Shown one piece after another: positions 51,851 through 64,000 of a stretch of DNA of 64,000 bases. Numbering within the stretch: position 1 is the first letter of the stretch; every line of letters starts with the position of its first letter. The notes under the pieces were generated by a model. The model was given only the letters and a program-made list of their open reading frames with translations, was not told the origin of the DNA and searched no databases. Location: positions 1,674,001-1,738,000 of the forward strand of contig JAYWIR010000025.1 in NCBI GenBank assembly GCA_036172245.1, read 5' to 3'. The DNA is from Raillietiella orientalis. Lineage: Eukaryota. Made by a program: the position numbers and the translations under genes.

Positions 51851-52949
51851 TGTTGTGCATCGTGCGTCGCACAGCCTGAGAAATCAGAGAGCCTACCTTC
51901 CCGGTGGGAGGTTGGCCTTTGACCCCCGAGGCTTGCTTTGCGCGAACAGTTCCGTACTTCCACACAAATGGAGGCACTGCTGCTGCACTCGACTCTTCCG
52001 GGGAACGCTTGCCAAAATCATCTTCAGTATGGACAGTAGCGGACAATGATGTTCCCTGACGTGGATTGCCGTTCTCCAGATGTGAGAAGACCGGTGGGTC
52101 TTCTGCCGCTCTGCAAACTACGCTGCATGGCGGCAGAAAGCAGTGGACACAAAAGTCAACGGTGGAATCGTCTCTGGAAGGACTTGAGGCGGAACCGAAG
52201 AAGTAAATCCTATCCACCACCACCTCCTTGGCTTCAGTGCTGCTGCCCTTCCTACAGGAGAGGAACGACAGCTACCAACCGTCGAGACGAGAGTTTTTGT
52301 ACCCCATAGCAGGAGTCACGAAACGGTTCAGAATCCCGAAAGATCATAAAATGAGATTTCAATTGCCACAGACTCCACTCTCTACAAAAACCGCTTCAAT
52401 TTCTAACGCAAGAAATCACGGGGAATGTTTGTTGTCTTGAATCCCCTCTATAAATAGATGCCTGCTTCAGATTGAGTTTACGATGAAAGTTTATGTCTTT
52501 GCTGAGTGTGTTTGGAGGAACACAAAAGCCAGAAGGCAATAAAATTTCAAATTGCTTAAGAACTCGAAGAAATAGGTCGACTCGAAACGAAATTTTTAAA
52601 TTTATGATTGCACAGAAAGATGGCAACTGGGGTAGCCATGAGTTGCTGAAGTTTTTTGTTACTCACGTATTAGAAGTACGTCAGCGTTGCCTTGCCCCAG
52701 GACGAGAGTAACGAGGAAGTGTATTTGATTTTCCTGCTTATAATTTGCAACTTTTTTTTACAAATGACAGGCATGAATCAGCAAAACTTCCAATTCGGCC
52801 ATCAGAGCTTTCCTAATTCAGACCATCTGTTTGAAGGCAATGAATTGCAAGTCCGCCGGGTTTTAAAGATTTCTTCAAGCCCCTACGAGCGTGGGGAGCC
52901 TAAGGGAGAAATTTCGAATGATCTTTGGGGGAGAGGGGGGGATTTTTAT

Positions 52950-53400
52950 TTCTGAAATTCGAGTATTTCCCTCTCGCCAAACCTAGGACTACATCGGAAC
53001 CACCGATCGCCTTTACCAGATAAAAATGCTTGCTGGAAACCACAAGGTTCCATAAACTTGAAAAAACGCCTAGCATCCGTGCACTCTCGGATGTCCGTTG
53101 TGAGTTCATTTTCTCAATGAGTAGTATCCAGTTCTCTTTATAGGTTAAGCGCGGGTGGTATCAAGAATTTGGTTCTTTTCTTTGACTTCCTAGGAGGAAC
53201 ATATGTAAGTAACCTCTCTTCGATGCTACGTATTCCATGTCCCTGCATGCTCTCGAGTGCCTTGTGACTACTGTGATTCTCTCTTCCTGTGGGAATATTC
53301 TTCAGCTTGAAAAGCTTCAGCTTGTTCCTGCAGTGTTTCGTTCGTTCCCCCCTCACTCTCTGGATAAGCAAAGGTCTTGAGGATATTTCTGTTTCGTTCC
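52950..53400 (-). mobile_element. Decayed LINE reverse-transcriptase N-terminal remnant
   Basis: Frameshifted pieces FSSLWNLVVSSKHF and W*RRSVVPM resemble LFNxxxxxGxFPxxWKxAxVVPI; upstream GERTKHCRNKLKLF resembles the EKAELF linker. Confidence 0.3.
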
Positions 53401-56400
53401 CTTTGCTTTTGAAATGGAATATCCTTGGAAGCTCCGTAAGTTCACTCGCCGACCTTTTACGGATTCTCGGCCTGCCTGTTTCAGGAGAAGCATTTGGAGG
53501 ATTCCAAATCATTCTCGATGATTCTTGCCTTTTGTGAAATTTTCTTACAAATTTCGCGAGTCCCGAGTCGTTTTTCCAGTTCCCGTAATGACTTTCGCTT
53601 TCAAAGCCGGGCTACAACCCCTTTGAAGTACTCCGTGGTTAAATCAAAGTGAGCACTCACCACAGCAACATTCCTTCCATCGTGTATGGAACATCCGGGA
53701 ACGTTTTCAGAGTCCGATAGAGTCAGTAGCAAACGCCGTTGAGCATGGCTGGATTCTGGCTGGGCGGGCGACTGTCTCACGGAACTCACCAGAGCCATGA
53801 CGACAAATTTCAGTCCAAGGGCAGCACTCAGCATTTTTGGAACCGCTGTAGTCACGGTACCGGTTCGGGAACTCGGTCGCTAACGTGGCTTGCAGGCGAT
53901 TTTGTGGGGTGCGAGGAGTCCGGAAGTGTCGTGGGGGTTTTTCAGAAGTCTAGTGGAATCGCTGCATGTCTCTTAGCAGGTGCGTACAGGGACGCTCACG
54001 CTGTGGTGCCTGCAGGGATTCCCGAGAAAGCAAGCGTACCCCAAAGCTTCTGAGAAGAGGGATGCAGATGAAAAAGGAAAGGAAGAAATGAGGAACAGCT
54101 TGTGACTGGTGCACCTGAAAATCTGTGGTGAGACCGTCATCAAATCCTGATCTGCGAAACTTTAGATCTCGCCATAGACGCTTGAACAAACTGATCCAAA
54201 AGGATCCGTTGAGGCGAATTCCATTTCCGATTTTCACCAAAAAAAGGGTGGTTTGTCGCGACATTTTCGATTCCCTTCTGCTGTACTCATCTTCCTCTGA
54301 TTTTCCTAGAAGATCCTTCCATCTCCCTCCATCTTCCTCATGATTTGTCCTATCTCATATGTAATCTTGCATATGTAATCATCTCATATAAAAAACTACA
54401 GGCCTGCTATCTCCTTACTGATCTGGATTTTAATTAGAGTACACTTTCTTCAATTACAGAAAATATATTTACTGCAGTTGGAGGTCATTTCAATTGAGGA
54501 TTCACGATTTTCTCGATTCCTTTTCCTTGATTCGCATTTCCTCTTGATAAATTATGCTCTGGTTTTGACGATGCAACCCCACCATGACACGAGTCTCCTT
54601 ATGTCAGTCATTAGTTGATTGAGAAATCTATCTGAAGGAAATTCGATAACGATAACTTGAGTTTTTGCGCTTACAGGTTCTTTGGAACACACTTCTTAGA
54701 TTGCAGCTTATTTCTAAGAAGCACATTTCAGAGTGTCTCCACACATCATCGGGGGGGACAGTCCAACAGTCATGGATCAAAAAACTCACCCATCTCAAAG
54801 GGTCCAACGATGACTCATCAAGTCGTGGATTAGGTACCGAAACGGTATGTGAATCGTCTAAATCATCTGGTTAGGCCTTCTGAATTAGAGGAGCCCGAAA
54901 AACTCGAGTCCTCTCATGCTGCGACATGGAACTGGAAACGCATCTCATGTGCCCTTCACCTCGCTAATCTGAACTCAAAGGGCAGTTTCATCTTTCGCGA
55001 GCCAGTGCCTCACTTGTCTACTATTGCTAAGCATTCAAGATAATGAGATCTATCAGGAAAAGATTTGCCGATGGAAACTGTTGGTCGTTGCCAGCAAGCG
55101 AGGGAGCTTCCTACATCCTTCCTAGACTGCCTGCTTTTCCTCTTTAAATTTCCAGTTGTGGCAGAACTTCCCATCGATTTCTTGAAACCTCGGAGCTTCA
55201 CTTCCTAGTCCGCACCTTCCCGAATGCTCCTTGAAGTTGCACGTGCTATGTGACCACGATCCTGTCGACATTCGAATGTCTCCACGCAGGGCATGCGTTC
55301 TTCATCCCCACCAATGAAAGAAGTTTTCTTCGTCAAACCGCATCTTTGCGTCTGTTTCAAGAATTCTCGCAAGATGATGGCGAAAAATTCACCACGGATA
55401 TTCGGTGAAGTTCCTTAGAATTTATTAAAATCTCTCCCTGCTGTGCTGGGGAGGTGTAAAGCAAGCAAAAGAGTGCTCCTCCATCTGTACGGAGCGAGCA
55501 TGGCCACCTTCGGAGACTTACTGTGCTTAGGAACGCTTCGGAGACGAGGGGTTGTTCGTAGCAGAGATACATTTATAGATGCTTGCATGATTTGTTGCGA
55601 ATCGCCTGGCAGACAAATGCCAAAGCCACACTAACTGTGGCCATCGAGAAAATGCTGAGGAGTAGGAAAGGTGACTGCATCAGTTCGCTCTTGCACAGGT
55701 CCTCTGTCCAGGCGGGTTTCCTCCTTTAGGTCACGTCAAGAGAGAGGCATTGCACTGGATGCATCCTCCTTTTCCGTGGCAAAGTTCCCTCTGACCTGTC
55801 ACATGGGCTAAATCGAGAAACGTTCGGTCAAGAGGCAGCGGTTTCATTCCCACATCTGAAGAGTTCCAGCATCTCATGGCAAACTACTCTCATGGCCAGC
55901 ATCTCATGGCAATCCCAGTATACCACGTACTTTCTATCCAAAAGAACGGGGTATACTGGGATTCCCTTGTTAATCTGGAGGAAACAGTATCCTTTCTGCC
56001 TGATTCCAAGCGGATCAACAGCTCAGGAAGCATGAGCGTTCGGCGAGTGTTCTTTCTGTCTTCCCATCGCAGTTCTTGCACTCCGCACCCCCTTGTCTTC
56101 CCAGAATCACTCACTGCACTGCGATTTGGGGAACTGCACCATCATCGATTAGAGAAGAAACATAAATTTACGCGTCGTAGTAAAAATTAGCGTGAGGTTG
56201 TCAAGGAATTCCTTTCTTCCCGAAACACAGCAGCTCTGTGGATTGCTACTAATGCTGGCTCGCGTGAAAGATGTGCACACGAACGAGATGCAAAGATAGG
56301 CAGGACGTCGTCTCTTTCCATTTCTGTGCTCTCCGTTCACCATAGCTTGCGCATTTCTTTTAACTTCGTGAAATTTTCGCTGCCATACATCGCCCTAATA

Positions 56401-56641
56401 AAGGAATCTGTTCGAAGAATCCTTAATCTTCTTCGGAGTTCATTCCTTTTTTTGGAGCAGGTCTTCGAGAATGGCTTGCAGGGACCGGTATTAATTGCAA
56501 CCCGAGAATTTTAGTTCGGTGGAATTCGGAGAATCATTGAATGATGCAACGGTAGCGTCCACATGGAGATTCAAAGGCGCTCTCACGCTGATGACCACAA
56601 ATTTCCTGCCCTTAAAAGAGAGGAAGGGGGGGGGGGATTTA

Positions 56642-56674
56642 AGCTAGCAAGCTGCTTCCGGCAGCTTGCTAGCT
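56642..56674. repeat. Perfect 14-bp inverted repeat with 5-nt loop
   Basis: AGCTAGCAAGCTGC-TTCCG-GCAGCTTGCTAGCT. Confidence 0.9.
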
Positions 56675-58471
56675 AAGGTTTTCGGCTACTAATCTCTCAC
56701 TCTCTTTAATTGCATTGGGATGGCTTCCCATCTGTTCTTATAAAAGTTCATAGCTTGTTCAATGATACCAGCAAGAACACACACACACAAAAAATCGTGT
56801 GAAACACTCTCAAACCGAGGAAAGCACACCCGAAACACGTGTGCGTGTGAAATATAAACCAAACTCACATTCAACAAGATTTAGGGTCAATTTGATGCCA
56901 ATACTGGTATTTCGATTGGATCGGATCAGCACCTCTCGAAACATTCCCATCGAATGCTTTTTTCTTTTTCTGTAACGTAGTTAGAGAGTTTTCCAATCTC
57001 CTATTTATTACATTAATTCTTTAATCAGATAATCGTACCTCTCGTTTTCATCTTGGACATTACAGAAAGAAGCACATGCTTTTGCTTTGCTATATGTTTG
57101 CCTATCTCTTTTTTTTCTCGAGCTGCCTTGAATATCTGTCTTCCTGGTCTCCTTGATTAGTGGTACTCGTGCCACTGTGCCCACCCCGCTAAGACGCTCG
57201 TATCGTTTTGAGTTCATTCACCAACTCTGAAAACTTCTTCAAAAACGAAAGCTTCCTCGTTTCCCACAGAGATGGCAGTGAAGTGGACGGAATAAGGAAG
57301 CACTCCATAAAGAAATTCTTTAGTTAGACAAGGGACCTCTGACGTCCTTGAGGATGTTTGCTGGATGGAAAGGTTTTAAATGCCATCTAGGTTCCAAAGA
57401 ATGGTCCTGTTTCTTGAAGAGGACACGCAGGGAGGAAACTCATACTCCACTGTATCAGGGACCCCTTCAAAAAAAGGGTTACACAGCTTCACAGACCAAG
57501 TGCGAATCATTCGGGATTTCGTGATTGGAAGAAGCTGAGAATCTGGCTCCTTTGACCAAAGAGATCAAGTAACCCCATCGATGTTACTCGAACGACGCGC
57601 CCCTGCCATTCGAACCCACATGCCGCAAAATCAGGTCGCACTGCAGCCTTGTGCACGGGCAATATCGTAGCCGAGGAGGAAGACTGAGGCGCGATTATTG
57701 CTAGTTGAAAACTCAGGTTGCAATGTGGTATCCTGGAGCCACCCGTACGGATGAAGGACGTCATCACCCCACCTCTCTTCTTTCTCGCTTTCACGAACCC
57801 CGGATCTACTGTTGGTATCTCTTCGGAGGATGGGCAAGAAGAGGAACGTCCTCCAGCTTGCTCGCAGCCTCACGGTCAGATGTCTTTGGCAGCAGGCCGA
57901 CAGATGATGGGATGAAGAATCGTCCAAGAGTCGATCTTGGCATCCGATAACCACCCACAGACCTTGGATCCTCATCGGCACCGCCGTAAGACGGCCTCCC
58001 CCCGCCTTTCTAGTTCCAGATCTTGGGGGAGAGGTGTCTCGTTAGCTCTTCCCGCTCGGGGAAGAGGATGGGATGGAGAGATCAGGAAAAGAGGGGAGGT
58101 GATCGAAAGAGAGGGAGAGAGGGAGAAGAAGGATGAGCAGGGCAGCAGGTGGCGAGAAGAAGAGGGCGCTTAGGAGCAGACGCGCTCGGCAGGAAGACGC
58201 GAGGGTGAAAGCTGAGCTGAACGGAGGCACCATGATGCCAGAGGGCAGACTAGGATTGCGGAACGGGTCCACGAGCAGCACGCAGAAAGGGGGGGCAGGA
58301 AACGGAAGGCTCCTTGGAGGACGTCGTCTAACGAGGAAGCGGCCGCGAGCACGGAGTTTTCCTACTTCGAGGGGAAAGAGGAGGGGGCGACTTCGCACTC
58401 TGGAGAGGCTATCGATCCACCAACTCCATGATGCTGCAGTCATGGAGTTGGTGGATCGATAGCCAAACCAA

Positions 58472-58585
58472 AGACCGAAGGGGAATCCTCTCAGGGGCTC
58501 CTTGGTGTCCTGGAAGGACCTCGGAGGGAAACTCGGCCAGTTGGTATGGGCATCCGGGGGTTTCTCGCTTCCACCAGTGCCACGT
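58472..58585 (-). mobile_element. SINE-like family internal fragment (copy 5)
   Basis: ccgaaggggaa..gctccttggtgtcctggaaggacc..ggccagtt..gggcatccgggggttt..ccaccagtgcc matches copy 2 at about 31760-31870. Confidence 0.65.
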
Positions 58586-58614
58586 TCTTCCCGCAATACC
58601 GCAGCCTCACGGCT

Positions 58615-59179
58615 AGATGGAAGGTTGCTGTGGAATTCTCCGGAAGTAGAAGATGATTGGGAGAGTGGACGATGGACCAGCTCACCGACACACAGTTGCG
58701 ACCCAGAGTTCTGGACCTCATAGACTTTAGCGCTAGGGCGTGCTACAGAGTATTGCGGAGGAAGACCTGCGGTGACTCTCGATACTCATGAACACGGGCA
58801 CCCTCCCCTTAAAGTGATGGGGGTTAGCACTGATGCCGCTGCACTTTGACCTCCCGGGCAACGCCCGCCGGCACCACTAGACATGAGGGGCTGTGTGGAC
58901 CCAAACTGTGCAAGGTGCAGGGAGCAGAAATCCCTCTCGTACCTTCTGGTGAACTGTGTTGCCCTCCGACCCCTTTGGGAACGCTTTGCCGCGACCCTTG
59001 GAAGCCCCGACGGCAACGCCAGAGAGGTTTTAAAGTACCTCTTCTTGCGAGACGCTCTCACTCCGGCCGCATCCCTAGCTGCACTCTGCTACCCACGTGG
59101 AGGGATCGTGGCTGCATGGAGCAACGTCAGAGGAGGCCAGGATGAGGGAATTCCATCTGTTTTGCTGTCTTCTTCATGA
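58615..59179 (+). mobile_element. Decayed L1/Tx1-like LINE 3' fragment (zf-RVT region)
   Basis: DFSARACYRVLRRK (FSVKSAY-like), then LHFDLPGNARRHH (LHxxLPTNxR-like) and RGCVDPNCARCREQKSLSYLLVNCVALRPLW (CCHC knuckle with H replaced by Y), in shifting frames with stops. Followed by a T-rich UTR-like tract. Confidence 0.65.
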
Positions 59180-59489
59180 GGATGGCGTCAAGATGACCCC
59201 ATTTGGGAACCATAAAACAGGAACTTACCGGCATCCTTGCAGGATGCAGAGGACATCCTCCAGCACACGATAATCCCTTCCCAAACCCCGTCCCCATTTT
59301 TTTTGACTGCATGTTTTTCGTTTTATTTTTTTTTCTTTTTGTTTGTCTCTTCTTCCCCTGTGCTGCTGTGCTGCTAAGCCGAACCCCGCTCTCCTGCGTG
59401 CCAGTTCCCGGCAGGTTCCTCCTCGTAGTTGTAAGTAACGCGGCAGGATCAAACGTCCTGTCACAGACTTTTATTTTTTTATAAATAGA

Positions 59490-59689
59490 CGCCTCGGGTT
59501 GACCGGATGCCAACCAGTGCCTCCGCACCCAAATAAGCCAACCAGAGTCATCCTGAGGGCGAGGGGACTCGAAACCCACGGCGTACTCACTGTTCTTGGC
59601 GTCGACCCTTACCTTCCCCGGGCGGGATTCGAGCCCGCGACGCCTGGTGCCGCGGGCGAAGGCCGCAGCCACGCGGCTGCCAACGCAGG
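59490..59689 (-). mobile_element. SINE-like family head fragment (copy 4)
   Basis: Reverse complement CCCTGCGTTGGCAGCCGCGTGGCTGCGGCCTTCGCCCGCGGCACCAGGCGTCGCGGGCTCGAATCCC, then the second gacgcc...gtttcgagtcccc module, matching the heads of copies 1-3. Confidence 0.78.
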
Positions 59690-62600
59690 GAGGGACTAGG
59701 AGCTGGGTGATCATCATTTTCAAAATGGCGAAGGCGTCAGGGTCAGTAGAAGGCGACGTGAGCCGCTCCGGAAGTCTTCTTAGAGTGGGAAAGGGGGTGG
59801 TTGCGGTGGTAAAAGAGGGCGCAAAGGATAAAGATGGCCATCGATGATCCTGTGATCTCACCGAGTCCACGGCCACTGCAGCCACGTTATCTTTTTCCTC
59901 CCCTCGGTATCCCAGAACGTTGTTCGAGATGGCTCTTGCCTCTGCCGTGTTCCTCTCCCGAGGGAAGGATGACGAGCGGTGCCTGTCCGGAGGAAAGGAA
60001 CGAGGGGAGACTCATCCGGAGGTCAGCAGTGACCCGGCGAGAGAACCGGTAGCCCGAACCGGGCATATGGGAGCAAGACGAATCGAACCTTCTGGTTGTC
60101 CTCCTCAGGATGGCTGCCGCTCGCCGAAGGAGAATCAGCCTCGTCCGGTCAAGAGAATGCCCGGAGACCTCGGGAGCAAAATGGTTCCAACCTGTTTTCA
60201 GGCTCTGAATAGGTGAGAACTTGACTTGCTCGACCTCAGAACCTCAGGCTCCCGGATCTGCGAGGGCCCACCTGGCCCATTCTGGCAGGCAGGACCCGCT
60301 CCGTGGGATGGAAGCAGACGCGGAGTTGCGGCGAGCGCGGTAGAGGTCTCACAAGGTCACGTGGAAGGTTCCGGTTGCGATGAGCAGCAGAGGGGCAGGA
60401 TTCCCCGAGGAGTGTTGCCAAAGGCTCACCTTCCGAAGCCACTGATCCGAACGATGCACCAGGCGTCGTGAGCTGACGCCCAGCAGCTGGGGCAGAGCCG
60501 CTCCCGATTTTCCTCCCTCCCAGTAGCGTAGCCGCGGGACTTGCCCGTCCCCCGTAGGGCAAGGCAGAGTCCTTCAGATCGCTCGGTCTTCCGGACCCTT
60601 TGGGAAGAGGGAGTGGCTCGCGGGAAGTCTGAAGGAAGGAGGGATGCCAGAGGGAGGGAGCGCCGTCCAGAGTCTCCGATCAACAGGGAAGGAGGAGAAA
60701 ACGACCCGCCTGTCCCTTTCCTCTCCGAGAGCGCTGCAGCCTCGGCGAGCGCGTGGTCCTCGTGCCTGTCTCCTTGGCAACGAGTGGCTGTCTTCACACC
60801 TCTTACAGCGCAGATTCACGGAGGCTTCTTCCCCCGCCGCGTTTCTCTCCCGGATGGAAGATGATGAGTAATGCTCGAGGAGGTGAAATCCCCTTCCTCC
60901 TCTCCTCGACTTCCTTCTGGCCAGACACGATCTGCATGACCTCTCCCGAGGGAAGGGGGGGCAAACCCTCATCCATGATGACGGTTTACCCTCGCACCGC
61001 GAGTAAGAGGTTCGGGCGCGGGCTCGTCTAGAGCCACAGGCTCATATCTTCGGGAGTAGAGGTAACCTCCCCTCCTCAGAAGTGCTTTCGAGGTGTGACG
61101 CGAAGGAGGGAGTGTCCTTGGAAACAGCAGCCGAGCAGGAAGGAGAGAGAGGCGGAACCTCCGTTTTGACTCGGCAGAGCTACGACCTGGGGAGCACGCA
61201 CACCAACCCGGCCCGTATGCTGGGCACCGTCTATGCCCGTCCCTCGAGGGGCGTGCGGAATCCCGAGGCTGAGAGGCGGGTGGGTGGTGTCCATAGCGAC
61301 AAGAGAGGACCCAACGGAACGGAGCTGCTTCTGCTTCTGGACGAGCGCGCGCGCCCTCTTCCAAAGGAACATCCGGGAGGGACTCCTGTTGTTCTAGACC
61401 CGCACCTCCATCACCAGCCCACCCCAGCCCTTTTCAGCCTTTCGTTCAGTGGGAGGGGGAGGAATTCGTCAAACTATCCGAGACCCCCCTCGCTTCCAGG
61501 CCGCTCCGCACAGCGGTTCCTCTCTCTGCGCGGAGGTTTTCCTGCGCAGAGGGCTTTCGAGGAGGCGCCGGAGGAGACGAAGAGCTGCCGCCGGTCCGTT
61601 TTTCTTTTCTTCCTCTTCTGTCTCCCCTGCCCCCTTCCTCCGGTTCTGTAAATTCCTCCTTGGACCGTGTCACCGACCCGGTGCCGTGGTCATGTGGTTG
61701 CCTCGCTCTGTCGGGTGTCACCGCCCGTGTGTCACTGCTCCGGTGCCACAAGAGCACGAAGAGTGACGCGGCATGGCCGAAAGAGCTCGAGGCGGTTTCC
61801 CGCAGTGGAATGCACTCTTTGAGCCGCGCGCGGGTGACATCCGTGTGACCTTTGCACTGATGAGCGCACACTTCGCGGGCCGTCGCGCGGCCCTTCTACT
61901 CTGCGGATTACCCCCGAACCACCCATTCCTGGACGCACCGCACGTTTTTTGAGGAAGAAATGTTTTCCCTTTCCTGCAGCAGTTTTCGCGTTCGTACGCG
62001 ATCATCTTTCCGACGGAAGCTGGAGTGGCGGTATCTGCTAACGACAGCGCGCACCGAGCCTCTGAGACGCGCTTCGATGGCTCTCACGGAGAGGGCGCTT
62101 CCTCCGCCTTTCATCGTGGGTCGCCGCGGAGAACGGGGAACACACTGGTAGCCTCCCTCGCGCGGAACCCCCCTCTGCGGTTCGCTGCCTCGCCTCGCAC
62201 GCTGGAGGAGTTTACCGAAGGAAGAAATGCATATGAAGTTAATGATGAAGGAGATTTATTCGAGCGCTCCTAATCGCTGTTTTTCCTCGGTTTCCAAACA
62301 TCCATCTTTGAACTCCCTTTGGCCTGGGGCGGAATGCGAAATTTATTTCCTCTTTTGTGACAAGGGAAACCTCGAGCTGGAATCGAAGGCGTGCTATTCG
62401 GGTCACGCTACATGATAGTTCGAGTGATAGGCGTATTTACCGAGTGCGTAATGGGCACGTTTAGAGTGCGTAGCAGTCCAAGCTCGGAGCACGTAACAGG
62501 CACGTCTGCGACACATTGCGGGTGCACAAGTTTTCGGTACATGCCAGGTCTCTCTGCAGGGAGCGCAGACGGTGGGCTTTCGGGCCGGACTTTCGCGACC

Positions 62601-64000
62601 CGCTCACGAGGTCCCTCCGAGGATCCGGTCTCTGCGCAAGCAGAGGAGAGGGGTGCCGCGCGCACTCCGGAATGCCGCCGTCCTTTCCGGTCTGCGCGGG
62701 ACGAGCTGCGCTCTCCCGCAGCGTTCCGATCGTGCGTTCCCGCGCGCTTCGCCTCCCCCGGGTGGCACGTTCGGCAGCTACCTGGAGCGCGGGGTGCGCG
62801 CGCGCGCTCGGGGACACGGGCTTCACGTCCCGCTGCCGCTTGCGCAGGAAAATCTCAGGCGTAGGCATCTACGCCTGAGGCCGAGGGGAACGGGGAAGGA
62901 AAAGGGGGGTGGAGGAGAAAGGAAAAACCAGCCCTGGATGACGGCGTTGTTCCGGACACGTCCCTCACCACCCTTTACCCCCCTCCCCGCCCCCGCCCCA
63001 CCCCTCCCTTTCGGCTTTTCGTTCTTCGAGGTGGGACGCACGCGCTCCGGCGACGCGAGTTGCCATCCTCCCCTTCCTTCACGTCCGTGCATTGCGCAAG
63101 ACCCCGCTGGCCAGGCGTGCAGTCTCGCGGCCGCTCGTTGCGAAAGAGACCGGCTCGGGGACCACGCCGAGGCTGCGGCGCGCGCGCGGGCGCAGCCCGG
63201 GGAGGAAAAGGGAAGGGCGGGTCGTTCGCCTCCTCCTTCCCTGTTGTTGACCCGGAGACCCTAGACAGCGCTGTTTCCTTCCCCTCCCTCCGGCATCCCT
63301 CCTTCCTTCCGGCTTTTCCGCAGGTCGCGCCCCTCTTCCTGAAGGGTCCGGAGACTGGAAGACCCTGAGTTCCGCGCGCCGGTGGTCTCTCCGATTTGCC
63401 CGGGGCGCGCTCCGCGAGCGGAAGCCAAAATGCGGTCTCAAAGGACACGCACGCGCTTCTTCCACGGCTCCGGCCCCGTTCTCCCGGTCGTCCAGCCTGG
63501 GAGAACCTCGAAGTGCCCGCAGGTGACTTCCATGCCGGTCATGGCCTGAGGGCCTCCGAGGATGAGGAAAGATTCTGGGAGCACTCAGGGTTGGCGGGCT
63601 CCTTTCACTGGTGCAGGCTGTAGTGTGGGGAACCTTGGTCTCCCCTTCTTCCCGGACCCCAACTTCCCCGCTACGAGTCCTCGACCTATGGGACGAAGAC
63701 CGGCATCCACGCCATGCTAAGGAAAGTCCCAGGGACTCCACGAGGCTCAAAGAAGGATGCCTCCCACAGAGAATCCTGGTCTCGGGTTCTCTGGAAGGCA
63801 ACCCTGCGGCGACAGTTCTCGAAAGCCTCTAGGATGTGGAGTCAGCGTGTCTCTGTCGCAGGAGTGCAGGAACGGCTGCAAGGGCCCCACGTCCCTGCCT
63901 CCGCGCGGACTCTGCTCTTCCCCACTGGGAGAGCCTCATCTGTCGTTCCAGACTGCCAGGACGTCCATTCCAAACGAATGGACAAAATGAGGGCAACAAA

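Noticed and set aside
57583..57625. Further SINE head remnant (actcgaacgacgc...attcgaaccc)
   Set aside because: Only two short motifs match; could be chance.
1..64000. CRISPR arrays, operons, rRNA genes, intact transposase or RT genes
   Set aside because: No regularly spaced repeats, rRNA-like sequence or intact mobile-element ORF seen.

Overview
Eukaryotic genomic DNA, probably from an arthropod, with spliceosomal introns. I reconstructed three minus-strand genes exon by exon with consistent intron phases: NDUFB11 (complex I ESSS subunit, 3 exons, 8307-13146), NOP2/NSUN1 (rRNA m5C methyltransferase, 10 exons, 20765-24140) and a cadherin-domain receptor tyrosine kinase of the Cad96Ca/Stitcher type (9 coding exons, 30459-47102). 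The two housekeeping genes sit in an AT-rich, CpG-depleted block (about 7-27 kb); the RTK region and both window ends are GC/CpG-rich. The most notable non-genic element is a dispersed tRNA-headed, highly structured SINE-like family. It has one complete ~970-bp copy (12-bp TSD, T9 Pol III terminator, poly(A)) and four partial copies. Other items: very short introns (39-59 nt) whose 3' splice site appears chosen by distance, a ~230-bp intronic inverted repeat, a 310-bp insertion with a 13-bp TSD, several decayed LINE fragments and a possible NUMT. No database searches were run; family names come from motif recognition only.
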